Under the pieces are notes generated by a model. It was not told the origin of the DNA. It did not search any database and saw nothing but the letters and a program-made list of their open reading frames with translations. DNA of 64,000 bases, taken from assembly GCA_905178155.1 (NCBI GenBank), contig CAJINV010000003.1:1962395-2026394 (forward strand), read 5' to 3'. Source of the stretch: Amoebophrya sp. A120. Taxonomy: Eukaryota > Protista > Dinoflagellata. A program made the translations under genes and the position numbers. This document shows positions 1 to 11,800 of this stretch, one piece after another; positions within the stretch are counted from its first letter, which is position 1; each line of letters begins with the position of its first letter.

Positions 1-1223
1 CTTCCTTCCCTGTCGCTAACCCTAACGCTATGCCTTAGTGGAAGCAAGTACAACCTGCTGGATACATCTCCACATGCATACCGAAGTTTTTCCACCGCGG
101 AAATACTCTGCGCAGCTAAACTATGTTGAAAACGACGAGCCCCAGTCACGAATTTTCTTGTACCACCTGCTTTGCTACCCACGAAACATCGGAAACTTAC
201 TACCGAGAGCAGTACCGAGCGTGAACCCCCGACACGACATACAGACTTTGCTTTTTCCACCCCGCACTGCAATAGTTCCCGCCGTTTTGAAGAATTTGGT
301 TTTGTCATTGCTCTCTCATTCAGTTTCATACATAGGACGGCTCCAGTCACCATTTTAGAATTCAAGCAAGAGCTATACACGGCCTAGAATATTACGACAG
401 CCACAACCCTCGCGTGGTTGTGGGGGGGGCGCATGCACTCAATGCACCTGAAAAGCGCAAACGGTCCATGCTCTTGGTGCCGCTTCTAATTTCCATTTCT
501 TATACTCGGCATCGATCATAATATCGCACAAATCATACATGTTTAGATAGAAGACAGTCTTCCAACATTCACAATGACAATATTGAGTACATAGCAGCAA
601 ATAAATTCTACTCAAGAACAAGAAGAATACAGACCAACACCAATCCTATGCAATAGCGAAAGGCACAATCGCATGGGCATGTGTTTAGAACGTAAGGTTA
701 CGAAAGTGCAATTCGAAGCAATTTTCCTTAGCGTTAGGTTACGAACGAGTGAGACGTCAACATTCTAAAAATCAGTTTGGGAAATTGAACGTGAATAAAG
801 CATCGACAACGAATAATATTCAATACAATGTACAGAGAATGGTGCTGCGGCGGCCATTATTGATACCCAGATCCAGGGAGAAAGATCCAGCTGCCAGTTT
901 CACCCTGCTTCTCTAGGACAGCGATAGGGACCGCCACAGCCGACAGGTACGTAATTTAATTTTGCGCCAGAAAGCTGCTGGCTATTTTCGTCAATCTACA
1001 TCATACGACGCTTCAACTATAGGAATAGAAGCATTGAGCTTGGAGGTTGCCAACAGCTGCGTCACAGTGTCAGTGATTTTGTACTTTTACGAATCTGGAC
1101 GGACTTTTCCATGAAGCGGTGCAGTCGTTAAGCTTAAGTCGTGCTTACCACGTGTTCCATCTTTGCTTCTTGTAGTTTTTCTTTTTTATCTTCGTTACTG
1201 CAAATTCGTAGCTGATCCCTGTC

Positions 1224-4200
1224 TTACTTCGTTTGCAGGAAGATGTACTTCGCTACGAAGCCGCTGCTTGATTCGAAGACGCGGTCTTGTTGTACCTGCT
1301 GCAGCAGGAAGGACGAGGCCGTGGCGATGCTGGCGGGTCCTTCGGTGTAGTATTCGGTGACTAACACCTTGATGATCGCCGCCGTCGCGGACAAGACCAC
1401 GGCCGTCGCGACCACCAGAATGGTGGCCGCGTCTCCCCGGGGGCCAAACTGCTGCCGGACGAACGCCAGAAACTTGGCTCCGACGATGGCGGAAAAGAAG
1501 GAAACCGTTCCGTACCAGAGCGCGTAGGGCATCATGATGCGGTGCAGGAACATGTACTGGAACGTCGTCGACGTGGAGGTGAAAACGACGCACGAGGCAC
1601 TGGTGGCGATCGCGGTCGCGGGGTCGATTCCCATGTGCAGAAAGAAGGGCGAGAAGATCAGCCCGCCACCGATCCCAAACAACCCGCTACCGATGCCCGC
1701 AAAGGTCGCGACGGCCGGGAAGTGCCAACTAGGCATAACTTTTCGTGGGCTCGCAGAGGTGGAGATCCCATTCGAGGAGGATCTCGCGTCGGTTCGGATG
1801 TGCACCGTTTTGTTGATATTCTTCTGATAGTACCCGGTCTTGTTGCTTGTGGGGGGTATATTAATGTGCAGGTCGTTGTAAAAATTATCGGGAGCAGCAG
1901 AGCTGCTGCCAGGAGGGCGGAACAGCTGGTTCCGGTAGAAATAGGCTGTGCAGGTGAGTGAGCAAACCACCGGAATCGATATCCACAAGTAGGACATTGT
2001 GGACCCACGTGGGTACAGATGACTCCGGTACCCGGCCAAAATGGTGATTACCAGCAGCACGGCCATCAGGGTCTCGTCCCGCTTGTCGCGCAGCAGTGTC
2101 TGAACCACCGCAAAGAAGTGCTGCCGCAGTTTGGTACTTATTTCCCCGCTCTTTGTAGCAGCTTTCTGCAGGTAGAGCGACCCGTCGTCCTCGTCCGGCC
2201 AGACGGAGCGGTTAATACTATTCGTGTTCATGATTGTCCCGATGTTGTTCTTACCTTGAAGATTACTATGCACTGGACTTGCTGTGTTGCTAGAATTGCT
2301 GGTGGGACTTTTGGAGTGCTGTGTCAAGTCTACACCGAACGCCGACGGCATCGCTCCGGGGACAAGTCGTGGCGATTTCGTGCTCTGGGAAGATGAGCCA
2401 CTCGTTGTGTACGAGTCAGAGGAGTGAAGGTTCAGAACCAAATCGCGTTGCTTGTCTTCAACTACGTCCGTGTTTATTTCCACGTCGGACGCGGATCCCG
2501 GTGACACGAGCGGAATCTTTTTCTCCTTTTCTTCTGACGATGGAGAAACTCCTGCCAAAGACGTAGCCGCGTGCGCGGATGATCCGCCCTCGCGCCATTT
2601 TTCAATACCCTGCGAGAACGTTTTCATCGCCATCAGCGACAAGAGGATGGCTAGACAAACCACCAAGACGCACGGGTGCACGGAGACGTTAAACAAGACT
2701 CCGAATACCGTTCCAGCCAGCGCCTGGGGTACCACTGCGCACACGACGTTCATGTCCGGTCTCGGTTTCAGCGGGCCGGACGCTGTTGTGCCAGCAGTTT
2801 TAGCATACGACTTCATAGTCAAAAGCACGAAAAATCCTCATGGGTCGTTTTGGTCGCATAACAAACACCCTATCTTTGCAGCACGTGGCAGCGCAGAAAT
2901 TCAAATCTACTGGTAAAACTGACACTGACGGAACTCCTATGTACCTGCTTTACTCGCGTTTCGGGATCGCATGGGCGAGAAAACGCTGTTCGTGTTCCCT
3001 CCTTCTTTTTTCGATGGCGACTCTTCTTCGGATTATCAAATGCAAAAATGTCTGGGTCTGGAAGCATCCGAACTTGTGATGCGTATTTCAGATCCTACAG
3101 AGATCTGTGATGCATAACGTGCAAAAGGTATCCACTTCTGGCCATGCTGAGAGGGCATTTCTCATGCAGAATACGCATCACCAAGGAGCTGCAGAACCTG
3201 TGATGCTAGTCCCTGCATTCCAGACGTGGGGGAGCTTGGAAAAACTGCATGACAAATCTCGCAATCTTCCAGACCCAGACATTTTTGCATTTGATACGGA
3301 TTCCACAAAGGCAATGGCGTCGGGGATTCCGCGACCGTGCGTCGGGCCTTGCGCAGCGGGGTGTGGCGAGGAAACCAGGAAGACCCGGCCGCACTCCCGC
3401 ACAAACCCGGTGAGCTTCTCGACCGTCAGACCACAGCTGGCCACGATCACGCGCATGGCCCCCCCGAAAATGATCGCCTTGGACAGCGGCACCGCCTGGT
3501 GCGGCGACATGTCGTTGCAAAACATCAGCACCACCACGAAAATTCCCCCGCCCCCGATCCCCGACGCGGAGGCGAGGATACCCGCGAAAAAGAGCGCGAG
3601 GGTGGTCAAGACGGTCTCGAAGAAGTAGTCGTAAAAGAGCAACCAATTCCACTCCAACTCCCGGCGGACACTTCGCTGGTGCAAGGGAAGGTTCGCAAAA
3701 CCGGGCCGGTGCCGCGTCTGGTCCGGCAGCGCATTCTCGCGCGGAACGATCTCTTCCTCCAAAATCTGTTCCCGCATCTTTCGGCGCCGGCTGCTGAGGG
3801 AGTCGTCCTTTTCCGCGGGACCCCACCCAAAACGCTCCACCGATTTGCGAAACGAGAATCCGCCTCCTGCTCCTTTGTTTGTTCGTAATTGGATCTGCAT
3901 GGGCTCGACGAGGGATCCCGGGAGTGGGCGCACTGGAAACGACACCCGTGGCAAGGGGTCAACAAAGTGCTTGTGCCCGGTTGTACTAGACGTTGTCCAT
4001 CCTGGAGGTGTTGCAACCGTGGAGGCTTGTTCCTCTTTTCCTTTGTTCTTGGGACCGGCGGTTTCCGCATCACGGCTCTCTACAGCAGACAAGGTAGTGC
4101 AAATCACCGTCCAAATCACTGCGTAATATTTCCGACAGGCAGAATGTCGCTGTAGTCCCGCTCCCGCTGCCGTTGCACCATAACACACACCAAGAGAGCC

Positions 4201-4251
4201 GCCGCTAGCACCTCCATGCCGACCAGAGGTCGGATTCTTCTTCTTAAACAT
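1224..4251 (-). CDS. TauE/SafE (sulfite exporter-like) multi-pass membrane protein, 3 inferred exons
   Basis: Two hydrophobic halves, each with the family Gly motif (ASASGIGGGGIFV; SGLFGIGGGLIFSP...AIATS). The frame joins across the TIR element 3034-3296 (VES|EEESPS) and an inferred GT-AG intron 2783-2944 (SKA|ASGPLKPRPD). Confidence 0.8.
3034..3296. mobile_element. TIR intron element, family 1 (263 bp), in TauE exon
   Basis: Perfect 31-bp TIR TATCAAATGCAAAAATGTCTGGGTCTGGAAG; TSD CGGAT at 3029-3033 and 3297-3301; removal restores the frame. Confidence 0.93.
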
Positions 4252-4910
4252 ACTTTGATAAGGTCATTGAATTCGTCCGTACCCGCAGCTACAAGACTTC
4301 TTTCTTCTTCCTGTATATCATTTTAGGACGCTTCACGTGCTGCCGGCATTCAGGTACATTGCTAGCAACACACGATGATTTATCCCCCCGAGACATTATC
4401 ACGAGGCCGACACTGTCGAACATTTGATGCGATGACGATAACGATTCAAGGACGAGCAAGGGTTCAACGAAATCGAAAGCGATTCTGAATGTATGATCTA
4501 TGCGATGTTTTTTAGCGATCTTCCCGGCCGCTGCAGAGATGGTACTACAACTACACAAGCTTAAGTATATGGGGGTACTTGACAGAAACGAACTATCCCG
4601 CGACGAACAACAGCTATATTCACTAACCTGTGGCCTCTCGACGCGAAATCTTGATTTCGATGTTGTAAGGCCTTCTAAATGTCGTCGTGGCGCAACGTGC
4701 TAGTTGTCGCCAAGTACTGGTCGATGTGTGGCCGGTCTCACACTGCACGAGATTCTTCTTGTTCTCCAAAATTGCCAGAAGGTCCGAGATCATCTTCTAC
4801 TGGTACTGCAAGATGGCTCCTCGATAGCTACTTGCCGTGCTCTAGTATCCTGCCAAAACTCGTGTCAAAAACTGGTGGCGTGCTATCAGTGACGACATAT
4901 TGATGCTTGT

Positions 4911-5119
4911 TATCCAAGAAAAAAACGTTGTTAGTGTAAATTTGTGATGCTCAACATGCAAGATGATTGCGTCTGTCGTGCTTGGCATGCATCGCCGGGT
5001 CCATTAAAGGGCGTTTTCACGTACTATCTGCGCATGACAGGTTTTTGCTGTCATGTCAGGCAAACTTGTAATGCTGTTCCTCCAAAAAAGTTACACCTAC
5101 AATGTTTTTTTCTTGGATG
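4911..5119. mobile_element. TIR element (209 bp, family 6-like) outside any recognisable CDS
   Basis: Left end TATCCAAGAAAAAAACGTTGTTAGTGTAA; right end reverse-complements to CATCCAAGAAAAAAACATTGTAGGTGTAA; TSD CTTGT at 4906-4910 and 5120-5124; internal TGTGATGC/GCATGACA motifs. Confidence 0.8.
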
Positions 5120-5860
5120 CTTGTTGTCTATCATTTACATTAGATGTGGAGGTATGTGATGACTCTGCCGGGAGCTTGCCCGGCCGAAGTCAATCGCAAA
5201 TTTGCTTTAAATCAAATAAAAGTACTCGTCATCGTGTCAGGTTGCTTTTCGTATACCGTCGAGAGCAAGTCGCAAAAGTAAAACAAGTGTATTTTATTAC
5301 GTTTCAGATACATGCTGGTGGATGTTCGAATAAAGAAAGATTTACGATAATGTACGGGTCGCGCACCCGCTCCCGCTGCAGCGCACAGCACCTACAACAT
5401 GCGAGAAGAGCGTGGTGCAGGTGCACGATGACGGTTCATAAGATTCAGATTCCAACAGGGAGATATTATCGCATTACACCAACGGTAAAGGTGAAACGCG
5501 GTGAAGCTGGAGTTGGTGTGCCGCATAAACTTTTTTTAAGCTCGTCTTTCGGATGTCAAAATCAAAAAAATAATTGGTGGCCGTGCGATTGCGAAGCCAC
5601 TACGTTTTTTTATTTTTTCGGAGCTATTTTACACGGGCAGTAGAGAAGTATCTGTTGAGGGGAGCAAAGTATTCAGAAGTATCATTGCATCTTGAGCATC
5701 TTCCCATATCAGCTAGACATCACCTGCCTTCGCTGTATTAAAGAGATAGACACATAGCCACCAAAGCGTGGTTTTGCGCATCATCTACTTGTACGCGGAA
5801 GGAGTCCAAGCAAAGACCTACAGTAAATGCTTTACTTGCGCCGATTCGGTACCCGCTGCC

Positions 5861-8800
5861 TCACGCACCGATGAGATCCGCGTTCTGGTTTAGCGACGGT
5901 GAGTCCCGGCTTCGCGCGGAAGCAGGCTTTCTCTCTTTCTCAGCAGCTGCGTCCTCCTCGCGTAGTTCTCGCTTTTCCTTTTTCTTCTTTTTCTTTTCCG
6001 CCCCGTCGTCGCGCGACTCTTTTTTCTCCTTTTTCTTTTCCTTCTTTTCTTTTTTTTCCTTCTTCTCGCGACGCATGGTTTCCTTACTGGCAGCCTGTGC
6101 GTCCTGTAGGAATTTCCGCGCCTCTTTGGCTTTTCGTTCTTTTTCCTCCTCCTCCTTCGCCCGTTGCTCTTCTGCCTGGCCTAGAAAGCAATCCGCGGAA
6201 ATTCTGTGAATCAAGTAGGCAACGTCGATCGCAGCGGGACAGTAAAAAACGACCGTGAGTGGGAGCCGACCCTTCATCTTTTGCTCTCGCTTACTGCCAA
6301 AGGCCTGCACCACCAGCTGCAGCAGATTCCCCTTCGCGCCCCATCTGAAAGTATAAAGCAAGCATTTCCATTCCCATTGCAAGAATTCCACTTTAGAAAA
6401 CTGCAATAGATCTGTTGGTGTTCATCTTTCTCCGATGTGAACTTCATCTTATTTGGAGTACAACGTCGTAGTCCGATGCTCTCACGACAACAGACAAGTA
6501 AGTACCTCAGCAGCCTTTCTTGGGAGTCTTCCGCGTATGAAAATTTGCGCGTAAAATTGGACTCGCGGTCGGTGGAGACCAATGTGATGCCGTCCAGGGT
6601 GACGGAAATCCAGAATTTCCCGTTTGGCTCCTTCTTGTTCACAATCAGCATGTCGGAAGGCATGCGCGTCATCGCGCGATCGGAATCCGAAAGCTCAATC
6701 GTCTGCTCACCCAACCAGAAGTAACCCCCGTACACCCGAAGCGATTGAAAGGTAGTCATGAACCTGTGGATGGAGCAGATTTCGGACATCCACTCTTCTC
6801 TCTGAATCACCGTAAGGGCACAAAGAAATTTCATTCGTCATGTTCTGGAGGCGGGTCGCCACAAATTGAACTTTCGATAAAAACAATTCCGAAAAACCTG
6901 CTGCAGCTTGTCGATAGCAACCTGATACGTAAAAATTGCTCATATTCTTTACCTGCTCATGATCTCGATTGGTGGCTGCTTCGCGTAATATTTAAAGGTC
7001 GTTTCCCATTGTTTCAGTATGGCTTCTGACCAGTTCGTTTTACTTTGCTGCAAGTGCGAATCAGGAATCAGCCTTCGCAGTTCGTCAGGTGAAAAGCCTT
7101 GTTCCAGCTGTCTTTTCCACGTGCTGCGCTCCAGTAAACACACTGCGGTAGCGCAAGCAGCGATCTGCAATTTTTAGCACAAATTGAAACTCAAGAAATA
7201 GGAATAGCAATACATAGGTTGGCATTCATATAGTCACGGAAGTAGGCCCCACACCAAGAAATCAAGTCATACTAGGTACCTGTTCGTCCGACTCTGGTAT
7301 GGGATATTTCAACCACTCCAGGCGTGCTTGCCTTGTGACGAGGTGGGCGTGCATAATGTCGTGCGGAGAAAGGAGCTCGTTCGGTTTCAGAAAGCGGCGC
7401 TTCCAGAGAAATTTCGACTGCCGTCGCGTCGCGTCATAGAGCTTGTTCCACTTGGCCAGCAGGTCCCACACGTTCGCGTGGTCGGGAATCAAACGGTGCT
7501 GATCCAGCCCCTCCGTCACCTGAAAGAAGGAAAATTCCGCGGGGTGCGTGGAGATGGACAGCTGGGCGGCCAGCTTGGAACCCAGGTCCGCGAGTTGCAT
7601 CGGCTCCGTGACTTGAAATTTCCGCGTCGTGTCGTCCATCAGCGTCACGGTGACGGGAATTTTCTTCACGTTCGAACTACCATCGTTGTCCGGGCTCGTT
7701 TATCCTGTGCAAAAGCATCGTACTCGTACTAATCGCAGTCATGCAAGACGAGTTTCATTTTCAAGCTAATAAATCAGCATCACAAATTCCTTTTGTCATG
7801 CTGAGCTAATTTGTGTTGCAATACTACGAGTACGAGACTTTTGCAGTTCTTATCGTTGTCACCTCGAACTTCTCCATGTGCTTGAAGCACTGCGACACCA
7901 CTGCCAGTACCTCGGCGCAGCCTTCTTCCGTTCGTGTGCGCATTTTGTGCTTCATCAAGAAGGCACGAATATACTCCAGGAGCTCCCCCGCAGGCTCGAC
8001 GTACTGGCACATGAACTCCATCACCTGATTTCATTTTCATAACCAATTGGAGGTCCGTTCGGACGAAATTAATTTGATGTTTGGTAAAAAAAAAATTCTG
8101 CGCTGCCGCTGCATTACGTTTGGACTGATGTGTTACTAACTTTTACTTCTCACCGCGAGTGTCTTTCATACGTAAAAAAAATTTGTTCACTACCAATGGA
8201 ATTCTTGCACTTCTCCTCGAAAAGTGCAACTATGCGTGAGGGCTACAAAAGGTAGCCCCTTGGACGTCGTGGCCTTTTAGACCACATGTGCTAACAAATA
8301 AAACTATAACTACAGCAGCACGCGTCGTTGCGTTTCAAATAGAACTACGGTATACCTTTTCCTTTCTAGCGGATGGAGCAAATAAAAATGCATACAGATT
8401 GATACAGATCGATAAATCCTTAAATCACAAGTAACGCAGGCGCAATTTGAAATACCTTCCAACCAAGCAGCTCGCTTCTTCGATTTGGGTTGTTGTTGAT
8501 TTGCTTCATCAGCTGCAGGTAGATTTCCGTGCGCAGGATGGGTTCTCCTTTTGCCTTGAACACGATGGCGTACGCGAGCGGCATGCGCTTCGCCTCCGTT
8601 ACCGGTCGGTCGTTCATTATGGGAGTGTCAGAGTTGAAATCGACAAAGTTGAAATAGCTTGTAATGCATAAAATCGATACCAGTTGCAAGCCCAATTTGT
8701 AAGCGGCGCATGACAAATTTCGCAACCGTATAAATCCAGTTTGTCATGCTGTTTTGGCACAGAAGACTGCTTTTGTCATGCTCCTTTAGCAGCTCTATCC

Positions 8801-11800
8801 CAAACCCTAAATAGGCTCACAATCTGCCTCACTTGCCATCCCGGCAAGACAGGCACTTCATGCCTTGCAGTTTCTGCATGAGAAATTATTTCAACTTTGT
8901 CGATTTCAATCCTGACGCTTCCATATTCATCCAACCGAGAATATTTCGGTGTACTGACATGGCCGCCTGCGCGTAGGTATCCGGCAGGATGGAGAGGGGT
9001 CCCGGAATATCAAATGTAAAAGTGATGTCTGGGTCGGGAAGAATGCAACTTGTCATGCTAAATCTAGAGCATGCAAAAATCTGTATTGCATGACTGCCAA
9101 AAGTCGTCCAGTTTTGACCAAGTCGGGAGGGAGTTTCTCATGCAGGATAGGCATGAGAGAGATCGCACAGAATCTGTCATGCTAGGTCCTGCATTCCAGA
9201 CTTCATGGGTCATGGAGAAGCTGCATGACAAATCGCGCATTCTTCCAGACCCAGGAGACATTTTTACATTTAATACGGAAGTTTGGAGCGCGACCACGAC
9301 AGAATGCCGCCGCTGTCCATGGGATGGAAGACCCGCCCGTCTTCCAGGCGCAGCGTGCGCACCACCTTGGGGTTGCACAACGGGCACGTCGCCAAATCCC
9401 CGTACACCGAGATGGCCGTCTCCAGGTCGCGCTGCGTAGCGTCCTTCCCAAACATGGTGCCTCGTCTGCCCTGGTCTTTGCGCACACACTTCTCTATTTC
9501 GATCAACAGCTCCCGATCCAGGTCCATACCCTTACCGGCCCGGAGCAGATTCGCGGCTTTTTTCACCAGCAGCTGCTTCTCTCGGATGCCGTTCATTTTG
9601 CTCGGACTAGAAGAGCTTGTGGAGGATGACGAGGACTTTTCCGGGCTGGCACTGGGAGAACAAAAGTTTTGCTTGTATTCGTCGTAGCACTTTTGCAGCG
9701 CCTCTTTGACAAATTCATCGGAATGCAAATTCCGGAACATGGCGCGGGCTTCTTCCAGCTCGGAGGCGGCTATACCATTCGACACGGCGCACTCCAGCAA
9801 GGTACTCAGGGCTTTCTGGTCCATTTCCGCGACGGCATCCGCGAGACGCCCGCAAATCTGGTGTCAGTTGCAAACGAATGTTAATGGCGTATTTCTCATG
9901 CAGTGGCACCAATGCACGTGGTGCTGATGGGAAGGTGTGTGCATGGCAGGGTAAGTACCATCAACGAAACACGTACGCAGACAAACAAAGCGTACACCAT
10001 GGCAAGGGAGAAGTACCCTCAAGTTCATCAAGATCAAGTAGAAGTACTCAAAACCACAAACCTGGTCTTGTTGCATGGGCGTCATCTTTGTGACAGTCAT
10101 GTGCCGGCTGCTGCGCGTCATCCTCCTGATCGTGTTCCGTATCTTGGCCGCTTCGTGGCTGTCACCGGCGGCCTCGGCAGCCTGTTCTTGTTTTTCGAGC
10201 TCGGAGCGACGTTGCTTTTCTTCCGCGGCGCGAGCCTCCTCGGCATCCCGGCGGGCTTGCTCGATTTTTGCTGCATCCACTCGCGAGCACACATCGGTGT
10301 GCAACTTCGCAACCGTGACATACAGCTTGTGTGCCTCGGGATCCAGCCACTTTGACCTGTAACAATCGATTTTTTTCGCTTTATTACACGACAGCACCAG
10401 CGAGTGGCGAGCAACTACAATTGTTCCCGAGAATGAATATGAAGACGAAGAGCGGAATTTGAAGTTTTTTCTCCTACGTTCATGCTCGATGTAAAACCAA
10501 AAATTGATTCGTATGGATGATGTTACGCGTCCTCCCCCAAGCCTGACTGCTGGCAGGTTTCTATCAGATTGCGCACGGACAAAATCGCCTTTTCGTTGTC
10601 AACTGGAATTGGTTCCGCCGCGTCGATACTTCGCAAAGCGTTGATGAGCGGCGTCTGGATGGCAATCTGCGACGCCCGCCATTTGATTTCGTCCAAATCC
10701 TTTGACGCTTTGATTTTTAGCTTCGCAAAGACCGCCAGCGCCTGGTCGAGTTCGACGAAGTCCATGGACTTGAGCAGTTTCGGCAGTCCCTGGAAGAGGT
10801 CGCGCTCCTGCTGCATCTTGTGTAACAGCTCTTCCAGGGTTTTGCACATGGGTGGCACCGGGTAGGCCTTGTACGCCCGGGCGAGCAGCACGTTGCACTG
10901 TTCGATCTCCGACTGCAAGCCCTGGAGGGCACCGAACACCACGCATCCGTGCTGGTTTTCGCCCTGGTACAACTTGTGCTTGTTGATGTAGGCAGAAATG
11001 TCGCGCTGGTACTTTTGGCTCGCTTTTACCTGTTTCCGCACAACGAAACCTCGGTACACGCGCTGAATCTTCGTGACCACACCCGTGTAGGCAAACCGCC
11101 TCGCGGTATCCAGCGCCCTCTGCGCCGCGGACTTACAAAAAACCTTGGTCTTTCCCATTTGGAAATCCTTCGCGCGCACGCGGGCTGTCATGTTTTCTTG
11201 TAGCTACTAGGTCACAAGCACATAACATGACCAGATGGAGATGAATAAAGAGCGAAACAAAAATCGCGATAATGATGATGAACACAATGCGAGTCTCACA
11301 AAATTTTTACATAGACCGGATAAAAATTCGAAGCAGTAGTAAGTACAATCCCCGAGCAACACTGGCAGCTTCTCAAATGCCAGGGCGAGTGTTTCTGGTG
11401 CGGAGATCGGTTTCCCGGTTTTGCCCTCGAGTTCTTTGCGCAACTCCAAGGGGACGACACACTGGTAGCGCCCGAGGAAGTCCTTGATCGGCATGCGGAG
11501 CGGATACCCCTGCTGCCGGATTTTCACCGCTTCCATAGCGCCCGAGTAGATAAGCTGCTCGTATACCATGTTGGGCACGAATTTGTTGGCCACCTTGTCC
11601 GCGTTGGGCTTGATGCAGCGGATGAAGTGCGGCTGCGACTTGTGGATGTTGTCCATCAACAGGCTGAGGGACTCCTTGAAGCTCATGGCCACCGTCTTCT
11701 TCTTCCCGGGCCCCCGACCGCGCCCCGCGGCGTTGGACGCGGCTTCCTGCTCCTCGGTCATGTCGCGCCCGATTTTTTGGAGGATCAGGTTGTATGACAG

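Noticed and set aside
1-1200. Short ORFs and a CTAACCCTAAC telomere-like stretch at the window start
   Set aside because: Fewer than two full repeat units and no recognisable protein motifs.
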